From: Bacteroidota bacterium
Lineage (GTDB): Bacteria > Bacteroidota > Bacteroidia > Flavobacteriales_D > Sanyastnellaceae
Direction: 5' to 3'
Assembly (NCBI GenBank): GCA_027624855.1
Contig: JAQBTQ010000012.1
Coordinates: forward strand, 1,724 to 65,723
Length of the DNA stretch: 64,000 nt
Below are positions 8,520 through 17,633 of the stretch, one piece after another. Position numbers and translations under genes: made by a program. The notes below the pieces were generated by a model that had not been told where the DNA came from, searched no databases, and saw only the letters and a list, made by a program, of their open reading frames with translations. Position 1 is the first letter of the stretch. Every line of letters starts with the position of its first letter.

Positions 8520-9494
8520 ATGAAAAAAATATTTTACCTCTCTGTTCTTCTGTATCCCTTGCTATTGCTGCAAAGCGGATGCGTTACCATGAAACAATTC
8601 GACGAACTTCAAATGGACCTCGACCAAATAGCAGAAGAAAATCGACGACTGACATTATTGAATCAAGATGGTGAAATTGAACGCCGAGAATTGACTGGAA
8701 CGGTCGAAGTACTCGAAAAAACCAATTCTGAATTGATTTCGGATACGACGCGACTGAATCGAGCTCTTTTTGAAGCTCAAGAAGAAGTAAATCGACTGGA
8801 AAATTTGAATGACGTCCTCACTTCTGAAAGTTCGTCACGCATGGCGGCCATCAACGATGAAAACCGGGCCCTTTTGGAAGAGTTAAGCCGAAATAGAGCT
8901 GCACTTCAAGTCCAAGAAGATGATTTGCATCAATTGAATTCAGATCTGCAGACGCGTGAGGCGGAGTTGGCAAACCGATCGGCCAGAATCGAAGAATTGG
9001 AAGGGCTATTGTCCGCTAGAGATGCTGCGGCACAAGCATTGCAGACTCAGCTTTCAGAGGCATTGTTGGGATTCGCAGACAAAGGTCTCACAGTCGAGCA
9101 ACGCAATGGAAAAGTGTATGTAAGCTTAGAGGCTCAATTGCTTTTCCCTTCGGGAAGCACTGCAATCAATAGCGACGGTGAAAAAGCATTGCAAGATTTA
9201 GCTCAAGTCGTGAGCAATCAAGAAAACCTCGAGATCATCGTTGAAGGGCATACCGACTCGGATCAATTGCGATCGAGTATCATCCCTCGCAATAATTGGG
9301 AATTGAGTGTGCTGCGATCAACCGCAGTTGTGGAGATATTGACCGCAGCTGGCGTACAACCGGAAGCACTTTCCGCGTCTGGAAGGAGTGAATTCCATCC
9401 GATTGACGCCAATGACAAAGCGAAAAATCGACGGATTGAAATCGTGCTGGCACCGAACTTAGATGCCCTGTTTGATCTCATTCGATCAAACTAA
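8520..9494 (+). CDS. OmpA-family lipoprotein with a long coiled-coil region (MotB/Pal-like C-terminal domain)
   Basis: The ATG at 8520 gives MKKIFYLSVLLYPLLLLQSGC (lipobox). The central region is heptad-rich. The C-terminus has an OmpA-like peptidoglycan-binding motif (IIVEGHTDSD...NWELSVLRSTAV...GRSEFHPI...NRRIEIVL). The GTG at 8496 in the ORF track is less likely to be the start. Confidence 0.85.
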   Translation: MKKIFYLSVLLYPLLLLQSGCVTMKQFDELQMDLDQIAEENRRLTLLNQDGEIERRELTGTVEVLEKTNSELISDTTRLNRALFEAQEEVNRLENLNDVLTSESSSRMAAINDENRALLEELSRNRAALQVQEDDLHQLNSDLQTREAELANRSARIEELEGLLSARDAAAQALQTQLSEALLGFADKGLTVEQRNGKVYVSLEAQLLFPSGSTAINSDGEKALQDLAQVVSNQENLEIIVEGHTDSDQLRSSIIPRNNWELSVLRSTAVVEILTAAGVQPEALSASGRSEFHPIDANDKAKNRRIEIVLAPNLDALFDLIRSN

Positions 9495-9535
9495 ATTCCT
9501 TAAAAAATTCCTGAAGTACTCAGCTCAATGGCTGT

Positions 9536-10552
9536 TTACTGAATCTCCATTTGGAACGTTCCTTGAGACAGGTTCATGCTTTGGCCTGTCATACCAATCA
9601 CGGTTCCCATGAATGTCCCTACAACAAATCCCCCTGGCTGGGCATCCACATATGTAATGTCCACTGTAACCCCACCACCAAAGTTGGTGCTGTATCCATT
9701 TGCGGAGGGGTCAGCATAAGAACACGATGACCCTGTGGCCACAGAGCACTGCACTTGCGCTCCAGCAATCCAACCCGTAATCGGCTGCTCCAACACCAAG
9801 GCGATACCAGCTCCCGTCGCTGTCAATCCAGTGATTTCGATGGTCGATCCATTCATCTCCGCCATCACACCCACTTCCCCTACCAGCGTGGTTCCGTTTG
9901 CTTTCCAAGTCAAAATAGACTCGCATTCTGGACAAAATTCTCCTCCACAATCAATGTAAAGCTCATCTCCATCCATTATGCCATTGGCACAATTCACCCC
10001 GTTTGGACAAGGACCACAAGTGACGTTGGGGTTGTCGCATGGCAAGTAAATATTCAATTCATAATTACCCCCGCAATCCACGCCAATCTCATCACCATTC
10101 ATTAAATCATCGCAACAAGTTGGACAAGGCTCGCAATCAGGACCTCCGCAATCTACCCCTTGCTCTAAGCCATTGAGCAACCCGTCACCACAGAGTTCCC
10201 CGCAAGCAACACCCGTATCGCCACCACAATCGATTCCGGTCTCGCCAGGATCCTGAACCCCATTGAAACTTGGGTCACAAGGATCGCATTCACCCCCACA
10301 ATCCACCCAGGTTTCACCTAAAAGGGCGTCATACTGACCGTTTTCGCAAGGATCACATGCTGGGCAAATCGGCCCTCCACAATCGATCAACTCTTCACCA
10401 TTATTCAATATTCCATCAAAGCAATTTTCTGGAATTAAGTTGTCATCATTGAGGCATCCCGTGCCCAATGCTAGCACCATCACGAGTGCAGATAAAAATG
10501 AAAAAGAAGTCGATTTCGTCATCGGGATTGAATTAAAGCGCTTCATCAGCAA
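9536..10552 (-). CDS. Cys-rich lipoprotein with six DCGG repeats and a C-terminal beta-rich domain
   Basis: Signal and lipobox read ...VLALGTGC. There are six repeats of the G-(D/E)-E-x-x-(I/V)-D-C-G-G-x2-C-x2-C type. The C-terminal ~125 aa contain only one Cys. I do not recognise a family. Confidence 0.78.
   Translation of the reverse strand: MLMKRFNSIPMTKSTSFSFLSALVMVLALGTGCLNDDNLIPENCFDGILNNGEELIDCGGPICPACDPCENGQYDALLGETWVDCGGECDPCDPSFNGVQDPGETGIDCGGDTGVACGELCGDGLLNGLEQGVDCGGPDCEPCPTCCDDLMNGDEIGVDCGGNYELNIYLPCDNPNVTCGPCPNGVNCANGIMDGDELYIDCGGEFCPECESILTWKANGTTLVGEVGVMAEMNGSTIEITGLTATGAGIALVLEQPITGWIAGAQVQCSVATGSSCSYADPSANGYSTNFGGGVTVDITYVDAQPGGFVVGTFMGTVIGMTGQSMNLSQGTFQMEIQ
9923..10423 (-). 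repeat. Six tandem DCGG Cys-knot-like modules (coding repeat)
   Basis: The six copies are IDCGGPICPAC, VDCGGECDPC, IDCGGDTGVACGELC, VDCGGPDCEPC, VDCGGNYELNIYLPC and IDCGGEFCPEC, spaced about 25-40 aa apart. Confidence 0.8.
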
Positions 10553-10641
10553 AACAATTGTCCTAAATTAGGCAGTGCAAGATAAGTTGAACGCAGTTGA
10601 TTGCCACAGTTTAATACAAATCCATTCATCATCAACAAAAA

Positions 10642-12411
10642 ATGACTTCCCCTCTACAATGGACAAACAGTTCTTGGATCGTAAAAGAACAACCCAATAG
10701 CAAAGCAGTCGCGACTCTGATGAAGAACGCGGGACTGACCCCATTGGTTGCTTCATTATTGATCCAACGGGGATTTCAAAAACAAGAAGACGTGGTAGGT
10801 TTTCTGAATCCCGCACTTTCCGATATGCATCATTCGCTGCTCATGAAGGACATGAAAGAAGCAGTGGAACGATTGCATCAAGCCATCGATGACGAAGAGC
10901 GAATTCTTGTTTATGGAGACTATGATGTAGACGGTACCACTGCCGTTGCAATGGTGGCGAGTTATCTGGAAGGGGTTGGGGGCCAGGTAGAAACCTACAT
11001 CCCTCACCGCTATGACGAAGGGTATGGAGTGAGTTTTGAGGGTGTGAAATACGCCTCAGAAAATCGATTCTCGCTCATGATCACATTGGATTGTGGAACG
11101 AAAGATTTTGATCAATTAGAGGATGCTGCAGAACGAGGAATCGATGTAATCATCTGTGATCACCATTTACCCGAGGAATCGTTGCCGCGTGCCTTTGCTG
11201 TTTTGAATCCAAAACGCTCTGACTGCATGTATCCTTTTAAAGAGCTATCGGGTTGCGGCGTCGCTTTCAAATTGCTGCAATCCCTGGCATACAAAATGGA
11301 GCTGCCTGAGAGCGGCGTGTATGAAGAACTTGATTTGGTGGCCATCAGCATCGGAGCTGACCTAGTCGACTTGAATGATGAGAATCGGATCATGGCTTCG
11401 CAAGGACTCCGGCAGCTACGCAAAAGGCAACGACCAGGAATTCTTGCCTTGATGAGGGCCGCCGATATTCAACAGGCTCCTCAAACCATCCGAGATATCA
11501 GCTTTACGCTCGGGCCGCGAATCAATGCGGCGGGTAGAATGGATCATGCCCAACGTGTTGTGGACTTGCTCATGGAAAAGAGCGACACGAAAGCCACGGA
11601 AATGGCTCGTCAAATTGAGGAGCTCAATCACAAAAGGCGGGAAGTGGACGAAGAAACCACTGCAAAAGCCTTAAAACAACTTGAAGCAGCTCCTGATCTG
11701 GAATATTGCAACATTGTCCACGGAACCGAATGGCATCGTGGTGTTGTAGGTATTGTGGCGAGCCGGCTCATTGAACACCGTCATCGGCCATCGGTAGTTT
11801 TATCCGAAGAAAATGGCATGCTGATTGGAAGCGCCCGTTCGGTTGACGGTGTCGACATTCATGAAGCCCTTGAAAACTGCGAAGACCTGCTTACTCAATT
11901 TGGTGGGCATACCATGGCAGCTGGCCTCAGTTTGGATTTATCCAACTTGGAGAAATTCAAGAATCGATTCAATGCGGCCATTGAAAAGCAGCTCCAAGGA
12001 ATCACACCGACACCCATCATTCATTGCGATCGCGAAGTACACATTTCTGAGCTTTCTTTTGAAGCCTTAAAGGAGTTGGAGCAGCTCGAGCCTTTTGGAC
12101 CCGGAAATCCAACGCCTGTCTTTATCCTTCGAAAGGTTATCCCCGTCCGGCCCCCTCGCACAATTGGGAACCAAGGCCGACACCTGAAAATGTCAATCAA
12201 AGATCCTGATTACGATTCTCCGACCATTGATGCAATCGGCTGGAATATGGGCGAGCTCGCGCCAAAAATCAAACAAGGCGTTCCCATTGACTTGGCCTTT
12301 ACACTCGTGAAAAACACTTGGAAACCCCGTCACGGCTGGAATGGCCGCACCGAGTTAAACCTTCATTTGCGAGCGATTCAGCCGGCAGATGCCGCTCGAA
12401 TTCAAGACTGA
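10642..12411 (+). CDS. recJ: Single-stranded-DNA-specific exonuclease RecJ
   Basis: 589-aa ORF with DHH-family motifs: ILVYGDYDVDGTT, ITLDCG, and IICDHH. The length is typical of RecJ. Confidence 0.94.
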   Translation: MTSPLQWTNSSWIVKEQPNSKAVATLMKNAGLTPLVASLLIQRGFQKQEDVVGFLNPALSDMHHSLLMKDMKEAVERLHQAIDDEERILVYGDYDVDGTTAVAMVASYLEGVGGQVETYIPHRYDEGYGVSFEGVKYASENRFSLMITLDCGTKDFDQLEDAAERGIDVIICDHHLPEESLPRAFAVLNPKRSDCMYPFKELSGCGVAFKLLQSLAYKMELPESGVYEELDLVAISIGADLVDLNDENRIMASQGLRQLRKRQRPGILALMRAADIQQAPQTIRDISFTLGPRINAAGRMDHAQRVVDLLMEKSDTKATEMARQIEELNHKRREVDEETTAKALKQLEAAPDLEYCNIVHGTEWHRGVVGIVASRLIEHRHRPSVVLSEENGMLIGSARSVDGVDIHEALENCEDLLTQFGGHTMAAGLSLDLSNLEKFKNRFNAAIEKQLQGITPTPIIHCDREVHISELSFEALKELEQLEPFGPGNPTPVFILRKVIPVRPPRTIGNQGRHLKMSIKDPDYDSPTIDAIGWNMGELAPKIKQGVPIDLAFTLVKNTWKPRHGWNGRTELNLHLRAIQPADAARIQD

Positions 12412-13220
12412 ATCACATGAATATCGCGCTGAGGGAAAGGGATTTTGATTCCGTTCTTCCTGAATTCGTCATCGATTCGAAAGCGTATTGAACTTGCGAT
12501 GACTTTTCTCTGGAACGGCTTCTCAATCCAGAAATACACGGAAAAAAGGAGGGACGAATCCATAAAATCATTAAACAATACGGCGGTCTCTGATTTTCGG
12601 ATGACTTCGGGTTCGGCATTTGCCGCCTCCAATAAAATCTCCTTCACCTTTGCAACGTCAGACCCATAAGCGACCCCGACATCAACCTGAATCATTGTCG
12701 CGTTCTCTCCTTGAGTGAAGTTTCGCACCGTCTGTCCCGAGATGAGCCCATTGGGCAACACAATCAAGTTTCCAAAGCGGGTCACGACTCGAGTTGATCG
12801 CAAGTCGATTCGCTCCACCCTTACCATCATTCCATCAATTTCCAATTCATCTCCTACACGCACTCCACCTTCAAACAGGAGAACAAATCCTGAAACCACA
12901 TCATTGAAAAAATTCTGAAGGCCAATTCCAACGCCTACCAAGAGTGCCGCAGAACTCGCCCAGAAAACCGTTAAGTCGATTCCAGCGGTATCCAAAGCAA
13001 TAAGCACGATGAACACGTACACCACCGTCCGAACCAAACGCATGACCATAAAACGCGTGCCTTCCGCAAAATTGGTGTTTTTCAAAAATTTTCGGAGAAG
13101 CAATCGCAAGAGCCATATCACCAACTGAGCAACAGCGATAACACTGAAAAACAACAGAACAGACTCCACAGATAGTTTCATCGAGCCCAGTTCAACGCTC
13201 TTATTCAAAAATTCATTCAT
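12402..13220 (-). CDS. Mechanosensitive ion channel, MscS family
   Basis: 272-aa ORF with three N-terminal transmembrane segments followed by an MscS beta-domain pattern (FEGGVRVGDELEIDGMMVRVERIDLRSTRV...PNGLISGQTVRNF). Confidence 0.88.
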   Translation of the reverse strand: MNEFLNKSVELGSMKLSVESVLLFFSVIAVAQLVIWLLRLLLRKFLKNTNFAEGTRFMVMRLVRTVVYVFIVLIALDTAGIDLTVFWASSAALLVGVGIGLQNFFNDVVSGFVLLFEGGVRVGDELEIDGMMVRVERIDLRSTRVVTRFGNLIVLPNGLISGQTVRNFTQGENATMIQVDVGVAYGSDVAKVKEILLEAANAEPEVIRKSETAVLFNDFMDSSLLFSVYFWIEKPFQRKVIASSIRFRIDDEFRKNGIKIPFPQRDIHVIQS

Positions 13221-13227
13221 GATTCAA

Positions 13228-15270
13228 TCAAGGCAGAATGGCTGCGCCAAAATACGTCGTGATTTTCCTTTTTTGTTGATCCAAAATTTTCCGGCGTTCT
13301 AGCAGTTCCCTCATCTCCTTTATAGCCTTTTCTTCCCCTTTTTCTATCGCTGCATTCAAAGCCTCGAGCTGGTTCTGAACCTCCGAAATCTCACGCCTAT
13401 TTTCGTTCAATTTCAATAAATGAAGCGAATCCATCAATGCTTTATTCAGTAAATCTTGTTCCCGAGCCGAATAAATCTGATGAACCTCTTCCCAACGCCG
13501 ACTCACTTCATGCTTATCCACGAGTGCCCCAACGACATAAGACTGAATTTCCGTGTCATCGTTCTTCAAAAAATCATCCAAGCTTGGAATTTTATTTTCG
13601 GCAGAGAAAGCCTCGAAAACACCATAGATTTTTCGCAGTAGCGGATCCTTAATTTCGAATCCCAACTCCGCCATGAAATCAATCACAAAATAGGCGAATG
13701 GGATTTTGCCTTCATACTCTACCCCAGGCATGTCCGGCTGGACTTCTATGGAACTGAAACGGAGCATCCGGCGAATCAAATCCGATTCAATGATCGTTCG
13801 ATGTGATTCAACTTCATTCGGAGCAATGTTCTCTGCGCCTCCATCAATGGGAGCGACCCGGGAATTCCAATCCGCTGGAATTTGAAGCCCACTGGGTTCT
13901 TTTTCTACAACTTGATCGCGCCGCTGACGAAATTCTTCTCGTTTTTGAGCTTTTTGCTCTTCGAGGAGTCGATTCCGAATGATTTTATTGATTTCCGATT
14001 GCAAGACATCCTCCGACATCTTTAGCTCACCAGCTGCAAGTTTGAGATAGACCCCTTGTTGAATTGCGTCAGGTATCACAGCGATAGAACCCAAGATGCT
14101 ATGAATCATCTCGCTACGTTTGACTGGGTCCGTCGCAGCATCGCCCGTCAATAAGCTCAGTTTAAAAGCTACAAAGTCCTTGGCCTCACTGGTTAGATGA
14201 TTAGAAAAAGCGCTGGGAGAAACCTTTTTGCTATAGCTATCCGGGTCATCTCCATCTGGAAACAAAACAACTTGAACGTTGAGCCCCTCAGCCAAGAGCA
14301 AATCAATTCCTCGAATGGAGGCCCTTATTCCAGCAGCGTCCCCATCAAACAGCACCGTCACATTTTTGGTGTACCGACGGATGAGTTTAATCTGATTCAA
14401 CGTGAGCGCTGTTCCGCTTGATGACACAACGTTTTCAATTCCAGCCTGATGAAGCGCCATCACATCAGTGTACCCCTCCACCAAGTATACCAAATCTGTC
14501 TTCGTGATGGTCGGCTTGGCCAGATGCATTCCAAAAAGAACGTCGCCCTTCTGGTACAGCAAACTTTCGGGACTATTGAAGTACTTGGCAACTTTCTTGT
14601 CGTTGCTCAAGGTTCGACCGCCAAATGCTATGGTTCGTCCTGTGACGTCGCGAATGGGAAACATAACGCGGCCCTTGAAAAAATCCCATAGCTTTCCCTC
14701 CCGCTCCTTAGATAATCCCAAGGAAAGCAATCGTTCAGCATTGTATCCCCCTTCTACCGCTGCATTGCTCATGGCATCCCACGAATCAGGGCAATACCCG
14801 ATATTGAACCGGTCCAATATGTCTGCACGAAAGCCTCGCTCCTCAAAATAGCTTAATCCAATGGCTTGGCCTTCCTTTGATTCCGTCAATTGGGATGAAA
14901 ACCACCGCTGTGCCCAGGCATTTAATGCGAGCAAGCTTTCTCTTTCAGAGCGAATTTGTTGTTGCTCTGAAGACTCCTCAGTCTCTTGGATTTCTATCCC
15001 ATAACGATCGGCAAGTTGACGGATGGCTTGCGGAAAGCTCAGTTTTTCCAATTCCATGAGAAAAGTGACCACGCTTCCCCCTTTGTCACTTGAAAAACAC
15101 TTGAAAATCCCTTTCTCGGGCAGCACGTAAAATGAAGGCGTCTTTTCGTTAGTGAAAGGACTTAAACCGCGCAAGCTACTTCCTGATTTCTTGAGCTCTA
15201 CGTAATCTCCGACCACGTCCTCAATTACGGCCGTTCGAATAACGAGGTCAACAGTCTCAGCGGGAATCAT
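13228..15270 (-). CDS. dnaG: DNA primase DnaG
   Basis: 680-aa ORF. The N-terminus reads NEKTPSFYV...GGSVVTFLME, the TOPRIM region has LVEGYTDVMALHQAG and LFDGDAAG. The zinc-ribbon ligands are largely substituted (see findings). Confidence 0.94.
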   Translation of the reverse strand: MIPAETVDLVIRTAVIEDVVGDYVELKKSGSSLRGLSPFTNEKTPSFYVLPEKGIFKCFSSDKGGSVVTFLMELEKLSFPQAIRQLADRYGIEIQETEESSEQQQIRSERESLLALNAWAQRWFSSQLTESKEGQAIGLSYFEERGFRADILDRFNIGYCPDSWDAMSNAAVEGGYNAERLLSLGLSKEREGKLWDFFKGRVMFPIRDVTGRTIAFGGRTLSNDKKVAKYFNSPESLLYQKGDVLFGMHLAKPTITKTDLVYLVEGYTDVMALHQAGIENVVSSSGTALTLNQIKLIRRYTKNVTVLFDGDAAGIRASIRGIDLLLAEGLNVQVVLFPDGDDPDSYSKKVSPSAFSNHLTSEAKDFVAFKLSLLTGDAATDPVKRSEMIHSILGSIAVIPDAIQQGVYLKLAAGELKMSEDVLQSEINKIIRNRLLEEQKAQKREEFRQRRDQVVEKEPSGLQIPADWNSRVAPIDGGAENIAPNEVESHRTIIESDLIRRMLRFSSIEVQPDMPGVEYEGKIPFAYFVIDFMAELGFEIKDPLLRKIYGVFEAFSAENKIPSLDDFLKNDDTEIQSYVVGALVDKHEVSRRWEEVHQIYSAREQDLLNKALMDSLHLLKLNENRREISEVQNQLEALNAAIEKGEEKAIKEMRELLERRKILDQQKRKITTYFGAAILP

Positions 15271-15286
15271 CGGTCAAAGTGAATAC

Positions 15287-15294
15287 CAAATGTA
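15287..15294 (-). promoter_or_regulatory. -7 promoter box (TACATTTG) for dnaG
   Basis: TACATTTG on the minus strand lies 16 nt upstream of the dnaG ATG at 15270. Confidence 0.4.
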
Positions 15295-15548
15295 CGGAAG
15301 CCAAATCGAATCCTCTAAACTCTAAAAGAAGAACTCCAGGCCGTTGCCTAGAGTCCATTCAACGGCCGCTTTGACCGAACCTAAAACCTGGCTCCTTCGC
15401 TCATACAGATTTGAACAAAGGCCTGAGAAATCTTCCGACGAAACTAGTGCCATGACCAAGGCTCGACGTGACCAATTTGTTAATGCTTGTTGAAGATTCA
15501 TTCGCGCTGCGTTCGAGAAACGAATCATTTTACCTTCGCTTCTGAGAG

Positions 15549-16892
15549 ATGGAAAAGAAAAGAATCAGAATTCCTTGGTTCGTGATTGCCATGGTCCTTG
15601 CCTTGATTACCATGAGCACCATTCAAGTCATTTGGCTTCGCACTTCCGTGCAGATGAAGGAGCAAATATTCGACGATAACGTCCAACATTCCCTCAGTCA
15701 AGTGGCAGAGATGCTCACCAAATCGAGCACGGGCATGTTACAAATTGATTTGGAGGCATTACACGGCGAAAACTCGGGTGAATTCATTCAAAACAAATCG
15801 TCCATTGGCAGCGGTTTGGATGCCGAAGAAAAAAAAATGCTGAAGCGGGTTGAGGCCTTGAAAATCGACAGCGTAATTCCAACTATCCTCAAAGAACACG
15901 CCATCAATATCCCTGCTGTCATTGGAATCTTTGATCGCTACGGACAGCCCGTTCAATTGGAAGAGTCAGGCGATCAATACCGGAATGATCTCGAATCAAC
16001 GCAACACAAGATCTCCATCAATACCCTGAGCATTCATTTACACTTCCCTGGAAAAAACCGTTTGCTCCTCCGGAAATTATTGGGTCAGTTTGCATTGACC
16101 GGATTGATGCTCGCCTTGATCGCTTGGGGATTTTTTACCGCCGTAATCGGAGCCGCTAGAAACAAGCGAATCGATCGCATACGAAGGGATCTAATGAACA
16201 ACCTGACGCATGAATTAAAAACTCCAATTAGCACCATTGGATTAGCAGCAGAGGCATTGAAAGATCCCGATATGCAAAAGGACAATGAAAGCTTCAATTA
16301 TTACATCGGTTTGATAAATGAGGAGAACAAGCGATTGGGGATGTTGGTCGAAAATGTGCTTCAAGCAAGCTTGGCAGAGTCTGGTAAAATGCAACTGTTC
16401 AAGCAGTCTGTAAATATTCATGATTTGATTCGAGAAGTATTGAAAAATGTCGCTATCCAGGTTCGAAAGCACGGAGGAAAAACACAATTGGAACTCGAAG
16501 CTGAAAATCCGCTTGTATTTGGCGATCGTGTTCATTTAACCAATGTGGTATTCAACCTCATAGACAATGCCATCAAGTATGCAAAAGGGGAATTAATTCT
16601 TACCATTTCGAGCCGCCAAACAACAGATGGCGTCGAATTGCGTTTTCAGGATAATGGCATTGGAATTTCAAAAGAACATTTAGGCAAGGTATTTGATAGA
16701 CTCTATCGTGTCCCAACCGGAAACGTTCATGATGTGAAAGGTTTTGGCCTCGGGCTTAGCTACGTCAAAACCGTTGTTGACCGCCACGATGGCACCATTC
16801 GCATCGAAAGCCAACCGGGGAAAGGCAGTACTTTTATATTGGAATTACCTCACAAGGAAAAAGAAACAACGAAACAGAAGAAAAATGAGTGA
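15549..16892 (+). CDS. Sensor histidine kinase
   Basis: 447-aa ORF with two transmembrane segments, an H-box (NLTHELKTPIS), an N-box (NLIDNAIKY), G-boxes (QDNGIGI and GFGLGLSYV), and the stop overlapping the regulator's start. Confidence 0.92.
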   Translation: MEKKRIRIPWFVIAMVLALITMSTIQVIWLRTSVQMKEQIFDDNVQHSLSQVAEMLTKSSTGMLQIDLEALHGENSGEFIQNKSSIGSGLDAEEKKMLKRVEALKIDSVIPTILKEHAINIPAVIGIFDRYGQPVQLEESGDQYRNDLESTQHKISINTLSIHLHFPGKNRLLLRKLLGQFALTGLMLALIAWGFFTAVIGAARNKRIDRIRRDLMNNLTHELKTPISTIGLAAEALKDPDMQKDNESFNYYIGLINEENKRLGMLVENVLQASLAESGKMQLFKQSVNIHDLIREVLKNVAIQVRKHGGKTQLELEAENPLVFGDRVHLTNVVFNLIDNAIKYAKGELILTISSRQTTDGVELRFQDNGIGISKEHLGKVFDRLYRVPTGNVHDVKGFGLGLSYVKTVVDRHDGTIRIESQPGKGSTFILELPHKEKETTKQKKNE

Positions 16893-17589
16893 CGCTTCAA
16901 AACCCGCAATCCTTCTCTGTGAAGATGACCCGAATCTCGGCCGTCTACTCTCCGATTATCTGAAAGCCAAAGGATTTGATACCACTTGGGCCAAAGACGG
17001 TGTGGAAGGACTCAAGGAATTTCATCGAGGTGCCTTTGATTTTGTAATACTGGATGTCATGATGCCTCGAAAAGACGGCTTTCAAGTTGCGGAGGAAATC
17101 CGACAAGAAACTCGGCATCTTCCCATTTTATTCTTGACGGCACGATCAACCAATGAGGACACATTGGAAGGATTCAAGGTTGGTGCTGATGATTACATGA
17201 CGAAGCCGTTTAGCATGGAAGAATTGCTGGTGAGGATTCAAGCCATTCTTCGTAGAAGTGCTGCCTTACCTGACGAAGATGAAACAGTTGGCGAAATCAC
17301 CCTTGGTGAATTCCAATTTGATTATAACACGCAAATGTTGCGGAAAGGAGGTGTAGAAAACCGCCTGACAACAAAGGAGAATGAACTGTTGTTCCTATTA
17401 TGCAAACACCGGAATACCCTACTGGAGCGAACCCATGCTCTGAAATCCATTTGGGGTGACCCCAATTATTTCAATGGCCGTTCGATGGATGTTTACATTG
17501 CAAAACTCCGAAGGCATTTAAAGCCCGATGAACGAATTCAAATTCTCAATGTGCACGGGAAGGGGTTCAAAATGATCACACCGGACTAG
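16885..17589 (+). CDS. OmpR/PhoB-type response regulator
   Basis: The ATG at 16885 gives MSDASKPAILLCEDDPNLG. The receiver domain has ILDVMMP and a TAR.. motif. A winged-helix output follows (LTTKENELLFLL...VHGKGFKM). It overlaps the kinase stop by 8 nt. The longer track ORF from 16744 is read-through of the kinase 3' end in another frame. Confidence 0.93.
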   Translation: MSDASKPAILLCEDDPNLGRLLSDYLKAKGFDTTWAKDGVEGLKEFHRGAFDFVILDVMMPRKDGFQVAEEIRQETRHLPILFLTARSTNEDTLEGFKVGADDYMTKPFSMEELLVRIQAILRRSAALPDEDETVGEITLGEFQFDYNTQMLRKGGVENRLTTKENELLFLLCKHRNTLLERTHALKSIWGDPNYFNGRSMDVYIAKLRRHLKPDERIQILNVHGKGFKMITPD

Positions 17590-17633
17590 TCATTTTGGCA
17601 TGATGTTGGCGGTTCATCTTAAAATCTTCCGCC

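Noticed and set aside
8375-8674. 99-aa plus-strand ORF overlapping the OmpA-family gene start.
   Set aside because: It is out of frame with a gene that has a clear lipoprotein signal and OmpA domain, and it has no features of its own.
9923-10423. Resemblance of the DCGG repeats to Notch/LNR or disintegrin modules. This was tempting because an M43 pappalysin-type protease is in the window.
   Set aside because: The LNR consensus ends in D-G-G-D-C with different Cys spacing, and disintegrins have E-C-D-C-G. The match is superficial, so no homology is claimed.
12402-12411. 10-nt overlap of the convergent recJ and mscS-family 3' ends.
   Set aside because: This is common in compact genomes and there is no evidence of special regulation.
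15322-15528. 68-aa ORF upstream of dnaG as a real gene.
   Set aside because: It has no motif, an odd C-terminus (EFFF), and no detectable promoter box. It is kept only as part of the intergenic-gap finding.
16744-16884. N-terminal extension of the response-regulator ORF (track start at 16744).
   Set aside because: The extension overlaps the kinase C-terminus in another frame. The canonical receiver domain starts at the ATG at 16885, which forms a typical overlapping junction with the kinase stop.
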